This document shows, piece after piece, positions 1-9,440 of a DNA stretch of 64,000 bases (the stretch's first letter is position 1; the number at the start of each line of letters is the position of its first letter). A model generated the notes under the pieces. It was not told the origin of the DNA. It did no database searches and saw only the letters and a list, made by a program, of their open reading frames with translations. The DNA lies in the NCBI GenBank assembly GCA_964454545.1, contig CAYVTI010000009.1:2830-66829 (forward strand). Direction: 5' to 3'. Both the position numbers and the translations under genes were made by a program. This DNA is from an uncultured Rickettsiales bacterium (GTDB taxonomy: Bacteria > Pseudomonadota > Alphaproteobacteria > Rickettsiales > JABCZZ01).

Positions 1-872
1 GCCAGATCATTGATCGAATCGGCAGTGGCCACTCCTTCAGCAAGTTTGTGCTGGAAGTTCTCTATGATGATGCCCACCGGCATTTTCCGCCGTCCTAGCT
101 CCAGGCCAAGCGACATGTTGCGCGATGTGGCACTGCCGCAGGTAAGGATGAGATCGCCAAACCCGGAAAATCCCATCAAAGTTTCCTTCCTGCCCCCTTT
201 TGCTATGCAGAGACGCACCATCTCGGCTATGCCGCGTGTAATCAGCGCAGCCTTGGCGTTCTCGCCGAATCCTCTGCCTATGGCGATGCCGCAGGCGATG
301 GCAATCACGTTCTTTACCGCGCCGCCTATTTGCGTGCCGATAATATCGTCCGTATAATAGGGACGAAAATATTTGCCACCGATGGCAAAAATAATTTTAT
401 TAGCAAGATAGGAATCCTGGCAGGCGATCGTGGTTGCCGTCGGCAGCCCTTTCGCCACCTCGATGGCGAAATTCGGGCCGCTTAAGATAGCGAGCGGATT
501 CTTCGGCAGTATGGAACTGACCACCTCACTCATCAGCGCAAGGCTGCCACGTTCAATCCCCTTAGTAGCGATGATGATGGGCACGCCCGGCTCCAGCTGG
601 TCGGAAAGCAATATGCAGGTGGAGCGAACATGCTGCGACGGCACCGCGAGGATAAGCATGTCGGAGGCGCATACCTCCGCCAGCTTGTTCGTGATATCTA
701 TGGCAGGATCGATGAAGATATCGGGGAGATAGACATCATTAGTGCGCCTGTTGATGATCGATTCCACAACATTATGATTTCCGCTGTAAAGTATTGCCTT
801 GCTCCCGGCGCGGTTTGCAGCGATGGCAAGCGCCGTTCCCCATGCTCCCGCGCTTACGACCCCAATTCTCAT
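1..872 (-). CDS. gpsA: glycerol-3-phosphate dehydrogenase [NAD(P)+], C-terminus beyond window edge
   Basis: Absent from the ORF track because there is no stop in the window. Hand translation of the minus strand from ATG at 870-872 gives MRIGVVSAGAWGTALAIAANRAG (Rossmann GxGxxG), then PNFAIEVAKGLPTATTIA, GGAVKNVIAIACGIAIGRGFGENAKAALITRGIAEM and GFGDLILTCGSATSRN, which are typical GpsA blocks. Confidence 0.85.
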   Translation of the reverse strand, partial: MRIGVVSAGAWGTALAIAANRAGSKAILYSGNHNVVESIINRRTNDVYLPDIFIDPAIDITNKLAEVCASDMLILAVPSQHVRSTCILLSDQLEPGVPIIIATKGIERGSLALMSEVVSSILPKNPLAILSGPNFAIEVAKGLPTATTIACQDSYLANKIIFAIGGKYFRPYYTDDIIGTQIGGAVKNVIAIACGIAIGRGFGENAKAALITRGIAEMVRLCIAKGGRKETLMGFSGFGDLILTCGSATSRNMSLGLELGRRKMPVGIIIENFQHKLAEGVATADSINDL

Positions 873-883
873 CTGATCGTTTG

Positions 884-3800
884 TCATGCGGCCACCGGCA
901 TGAAACCAATGGAGACTTCCTGGCCTTCTATAATCTCGTTGGCAATAAAGGTACAGCCTTGCATATTCCCCTGCTCTAGCGACGCGGCAAGCACCTGCTC
1001 GGAGATATAATCCCTGTGCGTGTCAAGCACGGGCGCGAGCTTATCCGAAACCCTGAGATGCAGGGTGATCCGGTCCGCCACATTAAGCCCTGCGTCCTTG
1101 CGCGCCTGCTGGATGAGCCGCACCAGATCGCGCGCAAAACCTTCTTCTTCAAGTTCAGGGGTGATATGGGTATCCAGTATCACTAGGGCATCGTTGGTGG
1201 AAAGCGGTTGGGCGCGATCCTTGTATTCCGGCTTGGGCTCGAGCAAAAGAGCGAATTCCGTTTTCTCCAGCACTTCCCCGGCAATTTCAACCCTGCCATC
1301 CGGTAATTGCTTCCACTCGCCCTTCTTAGAGGCTGGAATAATCTGTTTCATTTTCTCCGGCAGGCGCTTGCCAAGCACAGGATTATTAAGCTGCAATTTA
1401 AGAGAGGCATATTTATCCAAATCGGGGTCACTGCCCATCGATTTAACATTTACCTCTTCTTCGATGATTTTGATGATGGCTGGCAAGGCGTTTTCAAAGT
1501 CAGCCTTTTTACTGACGATGTTTAATTTACTCAATGGCTGGCGCACCCGAATGTTGAGGCGATTTCGTATTGCCAATGCTGCATTGCAGACATCGCGTGA
1601 CCAATCCATTAATTGCATCACCTCGTCACCATATTGCATTTCGGACTGGATTGCTTCGCCCTTGGCTCGCAATGACGGAAACTCAACCAGGTGCACGCTC
1701 TTTTCTCCGGTCAGTCCCTTGTATATTTCTTCGAGTGTCAAAGGCAGTAAGGGAGATGCGGCACGGCACATGATATGCAGCACAGTATAAAGCGTATTAT
1801 AGGCTGAGAGCTTGTCGGCGTCATGCGCGCTCTTCCAGAAACGCTCCTTGCTGCGCCTTATGTACCAGTTATTGAGCGCCTCAAAGAATTGCGTGACAGC
1901 TTCGGTTGCCGCAGGCGTGTCATAGGTATCAAACGCCCTTTCGATTTCCGACACCGCCTGGTTGCATTTGGCCAGTATGTAGCGATCCATGACGTCTTTT
2001 GAATCTGTCCTGAATTCCGCCTTCACCCCGTCGGCATTGGCATAAAGACTGAAGAAGTTATAGGCGTTCCAGATTGGCTTAATGGCAAGACGCACGACAT
2101 CGCGGATGAACTTGCCCTCCTTGTCGATATAAAGCTCCTGCCCGCGCATGACGGGAGATGCCATCATGAACCAGCGCAGCGCATCCGCGCCGTAAGTGTC
2201 AAACAGCATCTTCGGGTCGGCATAATTGTTGAGACGCTTGGAAAGTTTCTGCCCCTTATCGTCCAGCACCACGCCGTGGCAGATACAGTTCAGAAACGGC
2301 GGCTTGTCAAAAATGGCCGTGGCCAGCACCATCAGCGTATAGAACCAACCGCGCGTCTGCGCGACATATTCCACGATGAAATCGGCGGGGAAATGATGCT
2401 CGAACCAGTCCTTGTTCTCAAACGGGTAATGCACTTGCGCGTAAGGCATCGAGCCGGACTCAAACCAGCAATCGAACACATCCTCAACACGCCTGTATTC
2501 CTCACCGCCTTCCCTGATAACGATTTCATCGATATCAGGACGGTGCAAGCTGGTTATCTTCTGGCCGCTTGCTTTTTCAAGCTCCTCAACACTGCCAAAG
2601 ACCTTTATCTTGCCGCTCGAACTTTTCCAGACCGGGATCGGCGTGCCCCAGAAACGGTTGCGCGAGATCGACCAGTCGCGTGCGTTCTCCAGCCATTTTC
2701 CGAATATCCCATCCCTCACATTGTGGGGTATCCAGTTGATCTGCTGGTTAAGCTCCACCATGCGGTCGCGGAACTTCGTTACCTCAACATACCAGCTTGG
2801 CACTGCCTTATAGATAAGCGGCCTGTCCGTGCGCCAGCAATGTGGGTACGTGTGGGTAATTTGCTCCTGCCTGATCAAATGCCCGTGCCGTTTCAGCCAG
2901 TCGATGATGCGTTCATTGGCTTCACCGAATTTGTATTTCTCCACATTCTCTTCGATGACGTTGAGACCGCGCAGCGACAGATCCGAAAGATCGATAATCT
3001 CATCGGTAAACCTGCCCGCCTGATCTACCGGGCAGACAAGTTTGATTTTGTTGGCTTCGCAGACGCGCTGGTCATCTTCGCCAAAACCCGGCGCCATATG
3101 GACGATGCCGGTACCATCCGTATCAGTGACGAAGTCGCTGCCATCAAGGATGCGGAAAGCATTCTTATGCTTCCTGAAATAAGGAAAAAGCGGCTTATAA
3201 GTAAGCTCGAGCAACATGCTTCCGGGGAAAGGCCCTACCGCATTGAAGAAATGCGACTGCAGGCTGTCATCCTTTTTTATCTGGCCGCTGTTCTCAAGCG
3301 CCTGTTTCAATGTCTCCTGCTGTACGGCGGAAATAATGTAGCAGGTATCGCCGACATGCACGCCGACATAATTGATGTCCTTCCCCACAGCCAGCGCAAG
3401 GTTGCTTGGCAATGTCCACGGCGTGGTCGTCCAGGCGAGCACCTTGAAGGATGCACACCTTGCCAGCACCGGATAAGCCTCCAGCAATTGCGCGGGAACC
3501 TTGTTCAACTCGAACGCCACCGTTACTGCCTTGTCATCGCGGTTACGGTAAGAGTTGTCAAGGCGGGTCTCAAAGTTGGAAAGCGGCGTCTCGGCAGCCC
3601 AACTGTAAGGCATAACGCGGTAGGCTTCGTAAATCAGCCCCTTGTCGTAAAGCTGCCTGAACGCCCAGATGACGGACTCCATGTAATCCTTGTCCATCGT
3701 CTTATAATCGTTCCTGAAGTCTACCCAGCGCGCCTGGCGGGTAACATAATATTCCCACTCATGGGTGTATTTCATGACCGAGGTCTGGCAGTATTCATTG

Positions 3801-4183
3801 AACTTGCCGATACCGTATTTCATAATTGCCTGGCGGCCGGAAATGCCTAAATCCTTTTCTGCCCCCATTTCCGCAGGCAGGCCGTGACAGTCCCATCCAA
3901 AACGCCGCTCCACGCGCTTGCCGCGCATCGTCTGGTAGCGGGCGAACAGATCTTTCACGAATCCGGTAAGCAGATGCCCGTAATGCGGCAGGCCGTTGGC
4001 AAAGGGCGGACCATCATAGAAAATGAATTCGTTATTCTTGCCGTTTTTCTCGGCCGGACGGTTCTCCACCGAAGCGGAAAACAGATTTTCCTTTTTCCAG
4101 TACCCCAGTATTTTTTCCTCGATTTTCGGGAAATCAGGATTAGGCTCAACCTCAGGATAATATGTATTTTTTGTGTTATTCAT
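884..4183 (-). CDS. ileS: isoleucine--tRNA ligase, type 2 (eukaryote-like) form
   Basis: 1099-aa ORF. Class I aaRS HIGH-type motif (LPHYGHLL), WDCHGLP block, KMSKS loop present as KLSKR. Size and N-terminal YYPEVEPNPDFPKIEEKIL..W pattern fit type-2 IleRS. Confidence 0.95.
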   Translation of the reverse strand: MNNTKNTYYPEVEPNPDFPKIEEKILGYWKKENLFSASVENRPAEKNGKNNEFIFYDGPPFANGLPHYGHLLTGFVKDLFARYQTMRGKRVERRFGWDCHGLPAEMGAEKDLGISGRQAIMKYGIGKFNEYCQTSVMKYTHEWEYYVTRQARWVDFRNDYKTMDKDYMESVIWAFRQLYDKGLIYEAYRVMPYSWAAETPLSNFETRLDNSYRNRDDKAVTVAFELNKVPAQLLEAYPVLARCASFKVLAWTTTPWTLPSNLALAVGKDINYVGVHVGDTCYIISAVQQETLKQALENSGQIKKDDSLQSHFFNAVGPFPGSMLLELTYKPLFPYFRKHKNAFRILDGSDFVTDTDGTGIVHMAPGFGEDDQRVCEANKIKLVCPVDQAGRFTDEIIDLSDLSLRGLNVIEENVEKYKFGEANERIIDWLKRHGHLIRQEQITHTYPHCWRTDRPLIYKAVPSWYVEVTKFRDRMVELNQQINWIPHNVRDGIFGKWLENARDWSISRNRFWGTPIPVWKSSSGKIKVFGSVEELEKASGQKITSLHRPDIDEIVIREGGEEYRRVEDVFDCWFESGSMPYAQVHYPFENKDWFEHHFPADFIVEYVAQTRGWFYTLMVLATAIFDKPPFLNCICHGVVLDDKGQKLSKRLNNYADPKMLFDTYGADALRWFMMASPVMRGQELYIDKEGKFIRDVVRLAIKPIWNAYNFFSLYANADGVKAEFRTDSKDVMDRYILAKCNQAVSEIERAFDTYDTPAATEAVTQFFEALNNWYIRRSKERFWKSAHDADKLSAYNTLYTVLHIMCRAASPLLPLTLEEIYKGLTGEKSVHLVEFPSLRAKGEAIQSEMQYGDEVMQLMDWSRDVCNAALAIRNRLNIRVRQPLSKLNIVSKKADFENALPAIIKIIEEEVNVKSMGSDPDLDKYASLKLQLNNPVLGKRLPEKMKQIIPASKKGEWKQLPDGRVEIAGEVLEKTEFALLLEPKPEYKDRAQPLSTNDALVILDTHITPELEEEGFARDLVRLIQQARKDAGLNVADRITLHLRVSDKLAPVLDTHRDYISEQVLAASLEQGNMQGCTFIANEIIEGQEVSIGFMPVAA

Positions 4184-4226
4184 GAGCGCACATTAAGCGA
4201 AAACATACGTTAGATTCAATGAGATT

Positions 4227-5021
4227 TTAATTGCCCTGGGACAATTTCGGATCGTCAAGCCCCTTGTCCTGCCCCTTGTTGGCTTCCTGCGCTGCCGGAA
4301 TAAGTTCTTCCTTGCTGACCTCATACACCTTATGCTTGCCGCGACCGTAGGATTTCTCCTGCTCCAGGATCACCTCCTGCACGGCAGGAATCAAACCCTT
4401 CTCGCTCACTTCAATAATGGTATGGTAGCCTCCCACCGAACTTACGATATTACAGGCCTCGTTACTCATCGTACCCTTCCTGTCCGGCAATCCGGCCGCT
4501 TTCTTCTCAAGCATTTCAGCCCGGAACAACCCCGCTTCCAGATCGCGCAGTATCTCAGCACCGGATATCCTGCTTACCTTGAATCTTTCGGGAGTGGTTG
4601 ATTCCAGCTTGCTGCGCATCTCATCCGCCGTATTGCCCTTTCCCTGCTTTATAAGCAGGTTTATGACATTTGTGCGCACCCTATAGCCAATTTTGCCTAT
4701 GGCATCGACCGTTTTTTCAAATACGGGAGAAGCTTCCTTGTCCGCAAGCTTTTCGCGATCCTTGCGTGCAAGCTCAGCCATGCATCCCAGAAAGGCCTTT
4801 GCAACCGTAAGGAGCATCTCCGACGTTTCAAGCCTGCTCTCGTCCAGATCGAATTTTCTTTCCTCGGCATCTCCTTCTTCCGCAAGAAAACGCAACCTCT
4901 CAAGAATATCACGGGCATGCTGTACAGATACTTCCCTGGTTGCATGGCTTAAGGAGTCTATGGAGTTAAAATGCCTGACAACCCTTTCAAACTGCTCGGC
5001 TATATCCGTGATTATTATCAT
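4227..5021 (-). CDS. hypothetical protein, acidic and helical
   Basis: 264-aa ORF with no family recognised. Its ATG overlaps the stop of the upstream 86-aa gene by 1 nt (minus-strand TGATG at 5019-5023). The C-terminus has an internal repeat, VSEKGLIPAVQE / VSKEELIPAAQE. Confidence 0.55.
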   Translation of the reverse strand: MIIITDIAEQFERVVRHFNSIDSLSHATREVSVQHARDILERLRFLAEEGDAEERKFDLDESRLETSEMLLTVAKAFLGCMAELARKDREKLADKEASPVFEKTVDAIGKIGYRVRTNVINLLIKQGKGNTADEMRSKLESTTPERFKVSRISGAEILRDLEAGLFRAEMLEKKAAGLPDRKGTMSNEACNIVSSVGGYHTIIEVSEKGLIPAVQEVILEQEKSYGRGKHKVYEVSKEELIPAAQEANKGQDKGLDDPKLSQGN

Positions 5022-5281
5022 CAGGTTTTCGCCTCACCGCCCGACGCGGTGCCAAGCGCGTATACGCACAATTCCTCAAACGAGACATTATTTTCCTTGG
5101 CGATCTCATGCAACTTCTGGAAACTGTCCATCACCTCCTGCGGTATGGTGCCGCCGCGCTCGGTGGACAGCCAGTGCGCCTGGTGCTGCAGCGGATGCTT
5201 GGACGGCTCGGGCTCCCCGACATAGATATTGAACGGTGCTTTTACGCCGCCAAAGTCGCATGGTATGGTAAATTTTTTCAT
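5021..5281 (-). CDS. small conserved hypothetical protein (possibly DUF2610-like)
   Basis: 86-aa ORF translationally coupled to the downstream 264-aa ORF. The family assignment is from memory of small alphaproteobacterial proteins and is weak. Confidence 0.5.
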   Translation of the reverse strand: MKKFTIPCDFGGVKAPFNIYVGEPEPSKHPLQHQAHWLSTERGGTIPQEVMDSFQKLHEIAKENNVSFEELCVYALGTASGGEAKT

Positions 5282-5311
5282 AAGACGCTTTCCACCCTTA
5301 TAACTGATATT

Positions 5312-5635
5312 CTATTTATTATCAATAATCTGCTTCTTCGCCGCATGCAGAAGATTATACATAGCTTCGCGGATTTCGCGCTCCTTTATATGCACATGGT
5401 GTGCATCAAGATCATGCGCGATTTTATGAAATAGCGCCTCATCGTCACTTTTACCTAAATGAAAGGTCACGAGGGAGTTTTTATATTCCATAGCCTTTTC
5501 AGCATCTAAGGTCATTTTCGCGGAGGCCCATACGGCTAACAGGCTGTGATATCGCGCATTAATAAGGAATTCCATCTCCTTATCATGTGCGTACTTGTTT
5601 TCTTCAGCTTTTTCTTTATTATCAAAGGCAGCCAT
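5312..5635 (-). CDS. DUF1476 protein, F1-ATPase inhibitor subunit zeta-like
   Basis: 107 aa. N-terminal FDNKEKAEENKYAHDKEMEFLINAR...LLAVWA resembles the Paracoccus zeta-subunit pattern F(D)xRExAxExKFAHDxExxFKxxARRNxLLGxWA. Confidence 0.7.
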   Translation of the reverse strand: MAAFDNKEKAEENKYAHDKEMEFLINARYHSLLAVWASAKMTLDAEKAMEYKNSLVTFHLGKSDDEALFHKIAHDLDAHHVHIKEREIREAMYNLLHAAKKQIIDNK

Positions 5636-5672
5636 ATTTTCTTCCTTATTTTGTTATCATTAGCTATTACTT

Positions 5673-6497
5673 ATGAAAGATACTTACATGCCATCCAAAC
5701 GAACCGCAAGTGGAACAATGAACAGAAGAACGCCAATTTACGAAGGAAAGGCCAAACAGCTTTTCGAAGGGCCCGAGCCGGGAACGCTTATCCAGCATTT
5801 CAAGGACGATGCAACCGCTTTTAATAATGTAAAGAAAGGGGTCATAAACGGCAAAGGGGTTATCAATAACCGTATTTCGGAATATCTGATGCTGCGCCTC
5901 ACCGAAATCGGCATTCCGACGCATTTCATCCGCACGCTCAACATGCGCGAGCAGTTGGTCAAGGCGGTGGAAATCGTACCGCTCGAAGTGATCGTGCGCA
6001 ACGTCGCAGCGGGGAGTTTTTCCAAACGTTTCGGCGTGGACGAAGGAGCGCAACTCCCCTACCCGATCATTGAGTTCTGCCTGAAAAGCGATAAGCTAGG
6101 CGATCCTATCGTCGCGCCCGAAATCGTTATTGCTTTTCAATGGGCGCAACCGAATGAACTTGAGGACATTACCTCCATGTCCCTGCGTATCAATGACTTC
6201 CTGAGTGGCCTGTTCCTGGGAGTGGGAATAAAGCTGGTCGACTTTAAAATTGAGTTTGGCCGCCTGTATGAAGGCAACACCGTCCAGATTGTGCTCGCGG
6301 ATGAAATAAGCCCGGACTGCTGCCGCCTGTGGGATATAAAAACCGGTGAGAAACTGGACAAGGATCGCTTCCGCCGCGATCTGGGCAAAGTGGAAGAAGC
6401 CTATCGGGAAGTCGCCCAGAGGCTTGGCGTTCTTGCAGGGGGCGATGTGGAACCTATCGCCAAGGCGAAGACCAAGGCAAAGAAAAAGACTAAATAG
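5673..6497 (+). CDS. purC: phosphoribosylaminoimidazole-succinocarboxamide (SAICAR) synthase
   Basis: [12 protein letters not shown]...[10 protein letters not shown]...[14 protein letters not shown]...[14 protein letters not shown]...[14 protein letters not shown] are PurC signature blocks. The true start may be an internal Met (5688 or 5718). Lys-rich C-terminal tail. Confidence 0.9.
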   Translation: MKDTYMPSKRTASGTMNRRTPIYEGKAKQLFEGPEPGTLIQHFKDDATAFNNVKKGVINGKGVINNRISEYLMLRLTEIGIPTHFIRTLNMREQLVKAVEIVPLEVIVRNVAAGSFSKRFGVDEGAQLPYPIIEFCLKSDKLGDPIVAPEIVIAFQWAQPNELEDITSMSLRINDFLSGLFLGVGIKLVDFKIEFGRLYEGNTVQIVLADEISPDCCRLWDIKTGEKLDKDRFRRDLGKVEEAYREVAQRLGVLAGGDVEPIAKAKTKAKKKTK

Positions 6498-6518
6498 CAT
6501 CTCAGGTTTTGAACATTT

Positions 6519-6758
6519 ATGAAAGCAAAAATACATGTAACCCTTAAGAACGGCGTGCTTGATCCGCAGGGAAAAGCAATATCGGGAGCGCTGAATCATC
6601 TCGGTTTCCAGAATGTGGAAGCCGTGCGGCAGGGAAAATATATTGAAGTGGAACTGAAGGAAACGGATACTAAGAAAGCGCACATCGAAGTGGATTCTAT
6701 GTGCAAGAAGTTGCTTGCCAACACCGTGATTGAGAATTACCGGTTCGAACTAGAGTAG
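6519..6758 (+). CDS. purS: phosphoribosylformylglycinamidine synthase subunit PurS
   Basis: 79 aa. VTLKNGVLDPQGKAI..AL..LGF..V..VR.GK.IE pattern, immediately after purC. Confidence 0.9.
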   Translation: MKAKIHVTLKNGVLDPQGKAISGALNHLGFQNVEAVRQGKYIEVELKETDTKKAHIEVDSMCKKLLANTVIENYRFELE

Positions 6759-6764
6759 AATAGG

Positions 6765-6813
6765 GGAAGCCGGAAAATTGAGAAGTCAAGAAATTCCCGT
6801 CTTCTCGGCTTCC
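6765..6813. terminator. nested inverted repeat between convergent purS and fabG (candidate bidirectional terminator)
   Basis: ggaagccg (6765-6772) pairs with cggcttcc (6806-6813). An inner gagaag/cttctc pair is also present. No strong T-run. Confidence 0.35.
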
Positions 6814-6835
6814 GGACTTCTCAAGCTCCAGTCCT

Positions 6836-7579
6836 TTACACCATTAGTAATCCGCCATTCACATGGATGGTCTGGCCGGTAATGTAGCTTGCGGCGTCGC
6901 TTGCCAGAAACAGCACGCTCCCCGCCACATCTTCAGGCAGACCAAAGCGTCCTGCAGGAATATTATTTGTAATGCGCTTCTGCTGTTCTTCGTTCAGTGC
7001 GTCCGTCATAGCGGTCTTGATAAAACCGGGCGCAACGCAGTTTACCGTCACATTCCTGCTGGCGATCTCCTGCGCGATTGCCTTGGTCATGCCGGCAACG
7101 CCTGCCTTTGAGGCGCAATAATTCGCCTGCCCGGGATTTCCCATTGTCCCCACAATGGAAGTGATGTTTATGATACGTCCCGCACGGCGTTTCACCATGC
7201 CTTTCATGGTAGCGCGTATCAGGCGGAATGTAGCGGTGAGGTTGACATCAATCACCTGCTGCCATTCTTCGTCCTTCATGCGCATGCTGAGATTATCGCG
7301 TGTCACCCCGGCATTGCAGACAAGGATATCGATATGCCCCAATGCGCTCTCAGCAGATTTGATCAGTCCTTCAGTAGAAGAGGGATCGGATAAATTACAG
7401 GTTAAGGGAACTGCAGCATTACCCAATGAGACATTAAGTGCGTCCAGCGCCTCTTTACGCGTACCGGAAATGACAAGCTTTACGCCATTATCGTGTAACG
7501 CCTTGGCGATAGCACCGCCAATGCCACCGGAGGCTCCAGTCACCAGCGCAGTCTTTCCTGATAAGTTTGCTGTTAACAT
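6836..7579 (-). CDS. fabG: 3-oxoacyl-[acyl-carrier-protein] reductase
   Basis: 247 aa SDR. TGASGGIG cofactor motif, NAG, YxxxK (YCASKAG), FabG-like C-terminus GQTIHVNGG. Confidence 0.9.
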   Translation of the reverse strand: MLTANLSGKTALVTGASGGIGGAIAKALHDNGVKLVISGTRKEALDALNVSLGNAAVPLTCNLSDPSSTEGLIKSAESALGHIDILVCNAGVTRDNLSMRMKDEEWQQVIDVNLTATFRLIRATMKGMVKRRAGRIINITSIVGTMGNPGQANYCASKAGVAGMTKAIAQEIASRNVTVNCVAPGFIKTAMTDALNEEQQKRITNNIPAGRFGLPEDVAGSVLFLASDAASYITGQTIHVNGGLLMV

Positions 7580-7606
7580 TGTATCCGGTATGCCCTGTCA
7601 ACAGCC

Positions 7607-7774
7607 TTAGCGATTAAAGCCATTTGAAACTTGGTTAAAAGTATTTGTTATGTTTGTACCTATGAACGTTATTGCAGCCACTATAACAATTGAAATAAAC
7701 GCCCCGATAAGCGCATATTCAATCACCGTAGCACCACCCTCGTCCTTAATAATAAGGGCACAGATTTTTCGCAT
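7607..7774 (-). CDS. flp: Flp family type IVb pilin (55 aa, below ORF-track cutoff)
   Basis: Hand translation of the minus strand gives MRKICALIIKDEGGATVIEYALIGAFISIVIVAAITFIGTNITNTFNQVSNGFNR*. It has the Flp prepilin motif G/ATVIEYALI followed by a hydrophobic helix. 27 nt upstream of fabG on the same strand. Confidence 0.8.
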   Translation of the reverse strand: MRKICALIIKDEGGATVIEYALIGAFISIVIVAAITFIGTNITNTFNQVSNGFNR

Positions 7775-7874
7775 AATCAAATATTTTTTTAGGCTATTAT
7801 TTTCTAACGATTATACCATATCCTATGTAAATTAACATATAAACATTAAGAATTCGGCGTATTATGGTAAAATT

Positions 7875-8753
7875 ATGACATCGATTCTAAATTATCTTAC
7901 CCTTTCAGACCCTTCTTATCCGGTCAGGCCACGCCATATCGCTTATTATGAATATGGCGATACAAAAAACCCCAATATTATATTATGCGTACATGGATTA
8001 TCCCGTAACGGACTGGATTTCGAACCGCTGGCGCAATCATTATCGGCTGAATACCGGATCCTATGCCCGGATATGGCGGGACGCGGCAAAAGCGACTGGC
8101 TGGAAAATAAGTCGGATTACAATTACACAACCTATGTCTCCGATGTCATGGCGCTGATTGCGCATCTTAAAATATCCCGTCTGGACTGGATTGGAACCTC
8201 TATGGGCGGGATAATAGGCATGATGATCGCCGCAGGATACCCGCCAATGATAAAGCGGCTTATCCTGAATGACATCGGCATGACAGTTGCGAGCGGCGGG
8301 CTCAAGCGTATCGTGGGCTATGTCGGAACATCGAGAATATTCGCCAGTGCGGAAGAAGCGGAATCCTATATGAAATCAACTTTCATAACCTTTGGCCTGT
8401 CTACGCCGGAGGAATGGAAAATCCTGTTCGATACCAGCTTCAACAAACTGGCAGATGGCCGCTATGCCTTGAAATACGATCCGGATATAAGCCAGCCGTT
8501 CCGTGCAATGGCAAGCAGTAACGACGAAATCAAGGATATAGATCTGTCAAACCTCTGGAACATGATTACATGCCCTGCGCTTATATTGCGTGGCGAAACG
8601 TCCGACATACTCACCCGGAAAACCGCAGAAGCAATGCAGAGCAGCAGGCCGGATGTAATGCTGGTCGAGTTTGCCGCCACAGGCCATGCACCTGCCTTGA
8701 TCAACAGCCACCAGATTAAAACCATAACGGATTGGCTTGACATTAAAGCATAG
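7875..8753 (+). CDS. alpha/beta fold hydrolase
   Basis: 292 aa. HG oxyanion motif (CVHGLSRNG), nucleophile elbow GTSMGG, C-terminal His (ATGHAP). Confidence 0.8.
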   Translation: MTSILNYLTLSDPSYPVRPRHIAYYEYGDTKNPNIILCVHGLSRNGLDFEPLAQSLSAEYRILCPDMAGRGKSDWLENKSDYNYTTYVSDVMALIAHLKISRLDWIGTSMGGIIGMMIAAGYPPMIKRLILNDIGMTVASGGLKRIVGYVGTSRIFASAEEAESYMKSTFITFGLSTPEEWKILFDTSFNKLADGRYALKYDPDISQPFRAMASSNDEIKDIDLSNLWNMITCPALILRGETSDILTRKTAEAMQSSRPDVMLVEFAATGHAPALINSHQIKTITDWLDIKA

Positions 8754-8792
8754 TGCTGAGATGTTATGCATATATATTGTTCATGGTGAAAA

Positions 8793-9440
8793 ATGAGAGC
8801 AGCATTATTACTTATTCTTTCGCTTTTACCTGCAGTTGCCTTCGCAGAGCAGAAAGCCGACCATATCAATAAATGTGATACCACTCCTTCGATAAAAACC
8901 AATGATTATCCTGGAAAGGAAACGATAGTCAGCTCGAATAACCTTGCGCTGCCCGAGGGCAAGGCTGTGTCCGCGCATGGGCAGAAAGTATACATCTATG
9001 GCCGGGTACTTGATAAAAACTGCGTGCCGGTGAGCGACGTAATCGTGGAGATATGGCAAGCTAACCCGAAGGGGAAATACGTTACTTCCTCCCTTGAAGA
9101 CAGACTTGATCCCTATCCCCTTTTCACTGGAACAGGACGCGCAGTCACTGATAATTTGGGCAGGTTCAATTTCATCACCCTGTTTCCCGGGGAAGAAAAG
9201 CCGCACCATGCTCCCCATATTCATTTCCTGATCACTCACAACAAGTTCCCCCGGCTGAATACTGAGATGTTCTTCGCTGATGATACCCGCAATGGCGATG
9301 ATGCATGGCTTAATAAAATATCTCCCGAAAAGCGTAACTTGCTTACGGCAAAAGTGTCGGAGTTTCAGCATCCGGAAGATGGCGTAGCAGTGAACTGGGA
9401 CATCATCCTCGACGGGACAAACGATTTCAGGAAGTTTTAA
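8793..9440 (+). CDS. secreted intradiol ring-cleavage dioxygenase family protein (protocatechuate 3,4-dioxygenase beta-subunit-like)
   Basis: 215 aa. Signal peptide MRAALLLILSLLPAVAFA. V.IWQAN..G.Y and HAPHIHF blocks are typical of intradiol dioxygenase folds. Confidence 0.7.
   Translation: MRAALLLILSLLPAVAFAEQKADHINKCDTTPSIKTNDYPGKETIVSSNNLALPEGKAVSAHGQKVYIYGRVLDKNCVPVSDVIVEIWQANPKGKYVTSSLEDRLDPYPLFTGTGRAVTDNLGRFNFITLFPGEEKPHHAPHIHFLITHNKFPRLNTEMFFADDTRNGDDAWLNKISPEKRNLLTAKVSEFQHPEDGVAVNWDIILDGTNDFRKF

Noticed and set aside
2276-3850. 524-aa plus-strand ORF (and several others of 60-280 aa) lying antisense to ileS
   Set aside because: It is entirely nested opposite a confidently identified 1099-aa ileS gene. 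Its low-complexity Arg/Leu/Ala-rich translation is typical of shadow ORFs in GC-moderate DNA. The same applies to long antisense ORFs opposite the lpx genes, bamA, rhlE (41875-42714), degP, cheA and the CHAP gene.
6440-6497. Lys-rich C-terminal tail of PurC ([12 protein letters not shown])
   Set aside because: It is a low-complexity extension at a variable terminus with no evidence of a separate function. It is noted only as a start/stop annotation caveat.
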